Source: a virus
Lineage: Duplodnaviria; Caudoviricetes
Virus record (IMG/VR): IMGVR_UViG_3300033076_000846
Location: 1 to 43,246 of that record
Reading direction: 5' to 3' (one strand)
DNA: 43,246 nucleotides
Both the position numbers and the translations under genes were made by a program. The notes beneath the pieces were generated by a model. That model worked only from the letters and a program-made list of their open reading frames with translations, ran no database searches and was not told the origin of the DNA. Below are positions 37,021-43,246 of this stretch, piece after piece (the stretch's first letter is position 1; each line of letters starts with the position of its first letter).

Positions 37021-37369
37021 GCTACCAATCGGCCCCGTGGGAGGTGTCAGTGTTGAGCCTAACGACTTGTCCCATCAACGGGTAAGTCTTTTCCCTAGTG
37101 CTTTACCTGCCATCTTGATTAACAGTCCGCAACTTGCAAAGATGGCTGCCCGGGTAGGGATCGAACCTACGACCAAGTCGTTAACAGCGACCTGCTCTGC
37201 CACTGAGCTACCAGGCATCTATCAGAACAAGTTGTGTCACGTATCGGCGGGCCGGGGCAAGCAGGAAAGGGAAGAAAGCGTTAGATTCCTGCCTGTCCCG
37301 GTCGCGCCTGTTTGCTACCAAGCTGAACCACGGTGCAACTTTAGTTAAAACTTGTCACAAGCATGTCAC
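37008..37369. other. Candidate attP (core about 37117-37130 plus arm-type repeats)
   Basis: Second tRNA-Asn anticodon-loop sequence; GCTACCAA x3 and TGTCAC x3; adjacent to the integrase. Confidence 0.55.
37143..37217 (-). tRNA. tRNA-Asn (GTT)
   Basis: TGCCTGG/CCGGGCA acceptor, GCTC/GAGC D stem, GGTCG-CTGTTAA-CGACT anticodon arm, GTAGG-TTCGATC-CCTAC T arm, G discriminator, encoded CCA. Confidence 0.95.
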
Positions 37370-37401
37370 TTTTGGTCAACAAAGGGCGCTTGTAACTTAC
37401 G

Positions 37402-38454
37402 ATGAAAATACCAACGGCCTACAAACGCTCAGACAGTCCCAACGCTCCGTTCTACTTCCAGTTCACGGTCCAAGGCAAACGCTACCAATGGAACTCCGGG
37501 AGCGATGACGAAGTAACGGCAACGAGCCTAGCCATGAAGCATCTGGCTGAAATGCGGCTGGGCGTAGCCAGAAAGACCCCGGATGGCGTATGCAGCATCC
37601 AGGCGGTTATTGATATTTACCGGACGAGCAACCCGCAGCTAGATCCTCGGACGGTGGAGGGCAACATTCACAAGCTCCGGGCGGTGCTGGAAGCCTCTGG
37701 GTTGACCTTTGCCGCCCCGGTGGCAGCCCTGACCCGGCAAGTCATAGTCAAGTATCAGTCCAGCAAGGCCGCTTGCCCAACGGGAGCCAACAGCGTTGTG
37801 AGGCAGGCCCGGTCCATCTTTTCCCGGCGTGCCGTGGTGTCCTACGAGCATTTAGGCTTACCCAACATTGACGGCTTCATGCGTCACCCGCTCCTGCGGG
37901 AACCGCGCAAATCCTACACCCCGCCGCCCGCCGAGGTGATAGGGAAGCTGGTAGAGGACTCAAAAGCCCTTAAATTGACCCAGCCGGCTGCCTATTGCGC
38001 CTTCCTGTTGGAGATGTATGCAGGGCTGCGGGCCGGTGAGGCCGTGGGTGCCCGTTGGGACTGGGTGCGCGACAATGGCGACAAGGGCGCATGGATTGAG
38101 GTGCCGCCGACCTTCAAGAGCCGGGCCAACCGGATCATCAACCTAGACCCGACTGCCCACGCCGAACTCCGCGAGTTCCGTTCCGGGGACCACATTATCC
38201 CGCTGGAGCACGAATGGGCACGTTTTAAGGTCATCCACCGCACCCTTGGCCCTTGGCTGCGTTCCCGGCTGGGCGAGGGCCGCAAGACCAACCATGAACT
38301 CCGTAAGCTCTTTGGCTCTGCCGTGGCCCGCAATGACGGTCTGTTTGCCGCACAGAAGGCGCTAGGCCATAGCTCGCCCAAGCTCACCTCCGACTACTAC
38401 GCCGGTGTCCTTACGCTGCCGCGTCCGGTTTCGGCTGGTTCTTTTCAAAGTTAG
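37402..38454 (+). CDS. int: Tyrosine integrase
   Basis: GLRAGE (R), FKS (K), HELR, LGHS...YY; N-terminal arm-binding-like beta domain. Confidence 0.92.
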   Translation: MKIPTAYKRSDSPNAPFYFQFTVQGKRYQWNSGSDDEVTATSLAMKHLAEMRLGVARKTPDGVCSIQAVIDIYRTSNPQLDPRTVEGNIHKLRAVLEASGLTFAAPVAALTRQVIVKYQSSKAACPTGANSVVRQARSIFSRRAVVSYEHLGLPNIDGFMRHPLLREPRKSYTPPPAEVIGKLVEDSKALKLTQPAAYCAFLLEMYAGLRAGEAVGARWDWVRDNGDKGAWIEVPPTFKSRANRIINLDPTAHAELREFRSGDHIIPLEHEWARFKVIHRTLGPWLRSRLGEGRKTNHELRKLFGSAVARNDGLFAAQKALGHSSPKLTSDYYAGVLTLPRPVSAGSFQS

Positions 38455-38620
38455 CCGAGATTTTGGCATACTCGCCTTCCGCGACCATTTCCAGGGTCTT
38501 CCCGAGGCGATGGTTGAACCAGTTGTTAATCGTGCGCCCGTCATGGGCCACGATCATCCGGATCTTCTTCTTTAGGTCTTTGTCGATAACAATGGTGATA
38601 GTGGATTGGTTGTCGTTCAT
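38411..38620 (-). CDS. Ribbon-helix-helix-like regulator (candidate repressor)
   Basis: TITIVIDKDLKKKIRMIVAHDGRTINNW; divergent from the recombination operon. Confidence 0.65.
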   Translation of the reverse strand: MNDNQSTITIVIDKDLKKKIRMIVAHDGRTINNWFNHRLGKTLEMVAEGEYAKISANFEKNQPKPDAAA

Positions 38621-38697
38621 TTTTGTATGGGTTGTTGAGGCCCTACAACGCACCGTTCCCACCGGACTACAACTTTTTTCAGACGATTCTCATTATT

Positions 38698-38726
38698 TTG
38701 TTGCAACTCGTAGGAAAGCCTAACTT
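38698..38726 (+). promoter_or_regulatory. Candidate promoter overlapped by the recurrent TGCAAC-HCRTAKGA motif
   Basis: TTGTTG-17 nt-TAACTT in the divergent region between the RHH and SSB genes. Confidence 0.5.
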
Positions 38727-38837
38727 CCTCCAAAACGTAATCCGGTCCCGCCGCCCGCTGTGGTTAGCGGTTCATGTGGTCAGAGGCGGGGCCGGTTCCC
38801 TTTCGTTAGTAAACCATAACCAACAGATACAAATAAT

Positions 38838-39380
38838 ATGTCATTCCAAGAAGCTCCAAGCGCAGTAGCGCCCAAGTCCAATCAGGACTTTTTCCACCTC
38901 GACCCGCTCCCCGAGGACGGCCAACTGATCCTGACCGTAGTTGCCACCAACTACATTAAGGAGCACACCCAATTCAACAAGGAGAAGCAGGTTGAAGAAA
39001 CCTTCCCAGCCATTGAGTTCTACCTCGGTGCGCTGTTCAACGGTAAGCCCGGATTCGTGAAGACCTGGCCGGTCAAATACAGCATCCACGAGAAGGCCAC
39101 GTATTCCAAGTATTACAGATCCGCCTTGGGCAAGGAACCGAACGCCGGTAGCAAGCCCGCCGACCTCGTTGGCTCCGGTCTGACCGTCACGGTCAAGAAT
39201 GAGGACAAGGTTTCAAAGAAGGGCACGCCCTACAAGCGTTCCCGAGTGGGCGAGGTGGCGGCGGTGCATCCCAAGCTGAAAGCCGAGATTGTCCCGGTTG
39301 CCAGCCTCAAGCCTGCGTTGGAAGCTGAGCTGGCGGCGGGGAAGAACAAGGATAACGCCAAGGACGAGGCACCGTTCTGA
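38838..39380 (+). CDS. SSB or recombination-associated protein
   Basis: Acidic tail DEAPF; precedes the exonuclease. Confidence 0.6.
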   Translation: MSFQEAPSAVAPKSNQDFFHLDPLPEDGQLILTVVATNYIKEHTQFNKEKQVEETFPAIEFYLGALFNGKPGFVKTWPVKYSIHEKATYSKYYRSALGKEPNAGSKPADLVGSGLTVTVKNEDKVSKKGTPYKRSRVGEVAAVHPKLKAEIVPVASLKPALEAELAAGKNKDNAKDEAPF

Positions 39381-39382
39381 CC

Positions 39383-40198
39383 ATGACCCTGATTGACGCC
39401 CCCGCCGCCGTTGCCCCCAAAGGCTCGCAAGAGTTTGAGGGGGGGCATTTTTATCAAAGGCTCCCATCGGGTGTTTGGATTCCGCTCTATCAAGAGGGTG
39501 GAACATTCAACCTTCGGGATGCCCGAAAACTGCGTAAGTCGGGGGCTATCGTTTGCCCGTCAACCACAGGAATCTTCAAAGTTCTGCATAAGCAGATGGT
39601 GGTTGATTGGGTGAAGGACCGGGTGGCCGAGGTGGCTTGGGATGAAGCACTCAACGATCCCGGCGCTATTGGCGGAAACAAGAAGGAGTGGATGGAGCGG
39701 GTTGTAGCAAAGGCAGACCGTGCATCCGATCCCGCTAAACAGCTTGGTGGCGAAATCCATAAGGGCATAGAGCTGGCAATCCAGGACCGCGAATACAACG
39801 CGAACGTGGCTGTTTACGTTGAGGCAACCATGGAGAAGCGCCGGGAATACGGTGTAGTGAATATCTCGGTCGAACAATGCGTGGGCGACGCCGATATTGG
39901 CTACGCAGGCCGCTGCGACGAGTTCGCAGAAGATTACACGGTTGTGGACCTGAAAAGCCGTAAGAGCAAAGCCGGTGAAGTCGCCAGCTACGAAACCGAT
40001 GTGGCCCAAACCGCCTCCTATGGCTACGCCAAGTGGGGCGACGACTTCCTGAACAAAGGCCGGGGGCTGATCTTCGGTATCTCAACCACGGAGCCCGGCG
40101 TTGTGACTGTCCACGAATACACATCCGAGGATCTACGTAAGGCTTTTACGGCCTTTGTGGGCATGGTTGGGGTGTGGAACTGGATGAAGAAGTGGTAA
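39383..40198 (+). CDS. PD-(D/E)XK exonuclease
   Basis: PSTT.I, G.EIH, E..V, YAGRCD, VDLKS, QTASY. Confidence 0.85.
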   Translation: MTLIDAPAAVAPKGSQEFEGGHFYQRLPSGVWIPLYQEGGTFNLRDARKLRKSGAIVCPSTTGIFKVLHKQMVVDWVKDRVAEVAWDEALNDPGAIGGNKKEWMERVVAKADRASDPAKQLGGEIHKGIELAIQDREYNANVAVYVEATMEKRREYGVVNISVEQCVGDADIGYAGRCDEFAEDYTVVDLKSRKSKAGEVASYETDVAQTASYGYAKWGDDFLNKGRGLIFGISTTEPGVVTVHEYTSEDLRKAFTAFVGMVGVWNWMKKW

Positions 40199-40211
40199 GC
40201 CTGCAACACGT

Positions 40212-40322
40212 ATGAAATCATTACTCAAAGAACTCTACAACAAACTCGACGGAGACGACCTATGTTTTATCGCAATGGTGTCATTGGCCCTGCTGTTTCT
40301 GTATATTGGAGGCGTCAAGTGA
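40212..40322 (+). CDS. Small membrane peptide (36 aa)
   Basis: One hydrophobic segment; GTGA overlap with the next gene. Confidence 0.45.
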   Translation: MKSLLKELYNKLDGDDLCFIAMVSLALLFLYIGGVK

Positions 40323-40789
40323 GCACGCTCCTAATCGCAATAGACCCGGGAGCCTCCGGTGCAATCGCGGTCAAATGGCCGGGAAAGCCGATCTTGGTTT
40401 ATCCGATGCCAGACGACGCCGACCTTGCGGAAGCCGTTCACGGTTACGCCTGTGCCTGCGGGGTTGAGGGCTACGAACCCGTGGCCTATTTGGAAGAAGT
40501 CGGGGGATACATCGGCAAGCCCCAGCCCGGATCTTCCATGTTCAAGTTCGGCAGCGGCTACGGCTTCATTCGCGGGGTCTTAGCCGCCAACCGCATCAAG
40601 ACCGTCCTAGTGCGCCCGCAGACCTGGCAGAAGGGCGTATCCGGCGTGCAATCCACCAAGGGACCGGAACGTAAGCGAGCCCTCAAGGAAGCCGCTGCCC
40701 GTCTTTATCCCAACATCAAAGTCACTCTAACCAATGCCGACGCCCTGCTAATTGCAGACTACGCATCCAAACAGTTGCAACCCGTATGA
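40319..40789 (+). CDS. RuvC-like Holliday junction resolvase
   Basis: IAIDPGASGAIA, LEEV, SMFKFG, PQTWQK, ADALLIA. Confidence 0.85.
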   Translation: MSTLLIAIDPGASGAIAVKWPGKPILVYPMPDDADLAEAVHGYACACGVEGYEPVAYLEEVGGYIGKPQPGSSMFKFGSGYGFIRGVLAANRIKTVLVRPQTWQKGVSGVQSTKGPERKRALKEAAARLYPNIKVTLTNADALLIADYASKQLQPV

Positions 40790-41052
40790 AACCATTCACC
40801 CACGACAACACTACATTCTCCCGCTCCGACGCCCAGCAATGGTTCCGCGTCACGGATTGGGCCGATCCCGAGGATCAAATCGAGTCCCAATGGGGGCTGA
40901 TTCGCTGGACTACCTGGCTGTTCTTGGAAGCGGGCAGACGGGGAGTGAAGGGCAATGCCTGCCAGATCAAGACCGAGAACGGCGAGCAAGCCCTGTTTGC
41001 CTGCTACAACAGCAAGTGGGCATGGCGGGATGTGGATGGGGAAGACAACTAA
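40786..41052 (+). CDS. Hypothetical protein
   Basis: ATGA coupling. Confidence 0.6.
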   Translation: MKPFTHDNTTFSRSDAQQWFRVTDWADPEDQIESQWGLIRWTTWLFLEAGRRGVKGNACQIKTENGEQALFACYNSKWAWRDVDGEDN

Positions 41053-41070
41053 TTTTAGCCAACCAATAAC

Positions 41071-41565
41071 ATGACCAACGAAAACCAACTAAACGACGAC
41101 AACAGCCGCCTCCTGGGAGTAGGGGAGGTGGTTCAAGCCCATCACTGGCACCGGCAGAAGTTCGGTGAAGAATGGGATAGCTGGCACCTTGCCCGGGGCA
41201 GCGTAGGCCACGTAATCGACGTGGACGACTTCGGGAACGAATGGCGTGAGCCGATCCCGTCCATTACTACCGACGACATTGCCAAGAGCCTAGGGCTAAA
41301 GACTGCTATGGGAGTTAAGGCGCTGGAAATCGCCTTGGCCAACATCCAAGTGCTGGACTCCAAGCAGCAGGACTACGGCAGCGAGAATATCAGTTCCTTT
41401 GGCGAATACGGGGTTTTGGTCCGTATGACTGACAAGCACGCCCGGTTGAAGAACCTGCTGACCAACTGCAAGGAGGCAAAGAACGAGTCCATCATGGATA
41501 CCTGGCTGGATATGGCGAACTATGCGCTCATTGCCGTGCTATGCCGGAAGGGGGAATGGAGGTAA
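41071..41565 (+). CDS. Nucleotide-modification-associated domain protein (Nmad1/DUF1599-like)
   Basis: KQQDYG, VRMTDKHARLKNL, ESIMDTWLDMANYA. Confidence 0.78.
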   Translation: MTNENQLNDDNSRLLGVGEVVQAHHWHRQKFGEEWDSWHLARGSVGHVIDVDDFGNEWREPIPSITTDDIAKSLGLKTAMGVKALEIALANIQVLDSKQQDYGSENISSFGEYGVLVRMTDKHARLKNLLTNCKEAKNESIMDTWLDMANYALIAVLCRKGEWR

Positions 41566-41711
41566 TGAAAGATTTCTTCCATTTCGTGCTTGTAATTGTT
41601 GCAACACTTGGATTCTCCTACGGCCTATACCTGCTCTTTCTTGAAATAGCGACTAGCTACAAAAGGGAAGACAGGCGGGATCAAGAGAATCACCCGAGCG
41701 ATTTCTGTTAA
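41565..41711 (+). CDS. Small membrane protein (48 aa)
   Basis: TAATG coupling; one TM segment. Confidence 0.45.
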   Translation: MKDFFHFVLVIVATLGFSYGLYLLFLEIATSYKREDRRDQENHPSDFC

Positions 41712-41725
41712 ACCAACCAAATAAC

Positions 41726-41878
41726 ATGAGCAATAAAACCACAGACCCAACCCCAACCGAGGTTCAGGCCGCAATGATTGCCGACCTAGAGGCACGCCTG
41801 ACGCTGGCCGATGAGCGGCAGTTCTACCTTATGGCGGAAAATGCGCGGCTGCGGGCGCAAGTGGAGGTAACGCGATGA
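41726..41878 (+). CDS. Small coiled-coil protein (50 aa)
   Basis: MSNKTTDPTPTE...ENARLRAQ; its counterpart starting at 1583 is frameshifted by a 1-nt deletion. Confidence 0.55.
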   Translation: MSNKTTDPTPTEVQAAMIADLEARLTLADERQFYLMAENARLRAQVEVTR

Positions 41879-43246
41879 AAACCAAAACACCCAAAGCCCG
41901 CGTGATGTGGGCGAATTACTATCCCGAAATAGTTTGCTGCTCCACAAGCCGCAAAAGTTGCAGAGTGTTGGCGGACACTCGTTTCACAAATCAAGTGGTT
42001 CGCGTCGCCGTCATCCCACTGGACGACGTGGACGCGATTGTGGAGCGGGCACAGTCCGCCACGTTCGGAACTCGTCCGAGCACGCACTATGAAGGCATTA
42101 CCCGTAAAATTCTGACCGCAGCCGGAATCCCGTGCGCGAAGCCTACCAAGCAACGGAGGGCGAAACAATGAGCACCGACGACCCATTAACCAAAATCTGG
42201 ATTCAGGTCATTGCGCATCTTGAAGTGATAATGCGCCAAGACCCAATCAACCGAAAAGCCAGCCTAGTTCAGCACATGATCCAAAACGCAGGGCCATGCC
42301 CCGACCATCTAGGCGACAGACTCAGGGAGGCACTAAAACGATGAGCACCACCCCAACCGAGGCGCAAATTAAGCTGGCCTACGAAATCATCTTCGCCAGC
42401 GAGGACGGTTCAGCGTCACCTATGGAAGCCGCTCGCCTTATCCGCGACAGCGAGGCGCGGGCGGTGGAGGCGGAAACCGCATTGCTGCGGAAACTCTACG
42501 CATCCGAGAAACTAGCCAAGGTTGAGCGCGGGGATATGTTTTGCGAGTGCCAAGACGCCCTCACCGCCGAGCGCGAGCGGGTGCGCGTGCTAGAGGAGGC
42601 GTTGAAAGAGCTTTTTGACGCCATGATTCGCTACGAGGGAGACGTGGATGGGGACGCGCCGCCCGAGCATCATCGCATGATGAGGCGCGTTCGTTCCGCC
42701 CTCGCCGCCACCGCCGAGCACGCGAAGGAGGGGAGCGTATGAGCCTGCTGCGAAAAATCATGTGCCGAATCGGTCTGTGCGCCGGTCGAATCCAGCACGA
42801 GAGAGACGCGAACGGAATTTGGTGGCTCGGCCTTCGATGCCGCCACTGTGGAAAACTAAAAGACCCAATCAAAAGCATGTATCAGGAATCGAAACGCTCA
42901 CGACCATGAACCCACCCACCAAGCCCAGCGCCACGCCGAGGACGGATGCCGTTGCCATCCAATACGGAAACAATATCAGGGTTATTATACTACCGCAAAC
43001 CGCTTCGGACGCTTTGCTTACCAGCGACGAGGAGGCAATGCTTTCGATGCACTCCGAACTCGCCGCTGCGAAAGCGGAGTGCGAGAGGTTGAAGGCACTA
43101 TCTGACAACGCGGCATCGGCAATGCAGTGGGCAAAGGATGAGTTTGCCGCCATGAAAGTTCGCGCCGAACGCGCCGAGTCTGTACTCACCCTCTATCGCT
43201 CCAAGTTGTACCGGGTGAAATCAATCCTTTCGTCCATTGATGACGA
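41738..43246 (+). repeat. Long direct repeat, copy 2 (runs off the window end)
   Basis: Identical ORF translations in the track (2045/42132, 2209/42296) and direct nucleotide comparison. Confidence 0.95.
41875..42171 (+). CDS. Hypothetical protein, allele B (MKTKTPK...)
   Basis: Shares termini with 1734-2084. Confidence 0.7.
   Translation: MKTKTPKARVMWANYYPEIVCCSTSRKSCRVLADTRFTNQVVRVAVIPLDDVDAIVERAQSATFGTRPSTHYEGITRKILTAAGIPCAKPTKQRRAKQ

Larger units (their letters stand above)
2028..42114. mobile_element. Complete unit-length temperate phage genome (about 40,087 bp, podovirus-like structural module)
   Basis: Sequence from 2028 recurs at 42115 (offset 40,087) to the window end. Terminase, portal, capsid, tail, helicase and integrase genes lie between. 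No long tape-measure gene was seen. Confidence 0.9.

Noticed and set aside
36758-37348. 196-aa plus-strand ORF
   Set aside because: Runs through the antisense tRNA and att region; the 36850-37020 frame looks more protein-like.
5135-41605. CRISPR array or mini-array from GTTGCAAC repeats
   Set aside because: Copies are dispersed over kilobases, without regular spacers or cas genes.

Overview
The window holds an apparently complete, circularly closed temperate tailed-phage genome of about 40,087 bp. Positions 2028-3159 recur, apparently identically, at 42115-43246. About 2 kb at the left end (1-2027) looks like the equivalent region of a related phage variant or an assembly branch. Gene order: small early genes; an initiator-like gene and DnaB helicase; a C5 DNA methyltransferase encoded by two fully overlapping same-strand frames with a C11 tract; a beta-helix protein; a degenerate UDP-sugar dehydrogenase; an HTH replication protein behind an attenuator-like leader; a SLOG protein; a leftward early operon; TerS; TerL carrying a 127-aa mini-intein; an inverted glycosyltransferase cassette; portal, scaffold and major capsid; podovirus-like tail and ejection genes; a lysis-like block (signal-peptidase-like protein, lipoprotein, holin; no endolysin recognised); a metallophosphoesterase; tRNA-Asn with a candidate attP; a tyrosine integrase; an RHH regulator; SSB-like, PD-(D/E)XK and RuvC-like genes. 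A 16-23 bp motif (TGCAAC-HCRTAKGA) recurs at many gene boundaries. All product calls come from motifs and synteny read by eye; no database searches were run.
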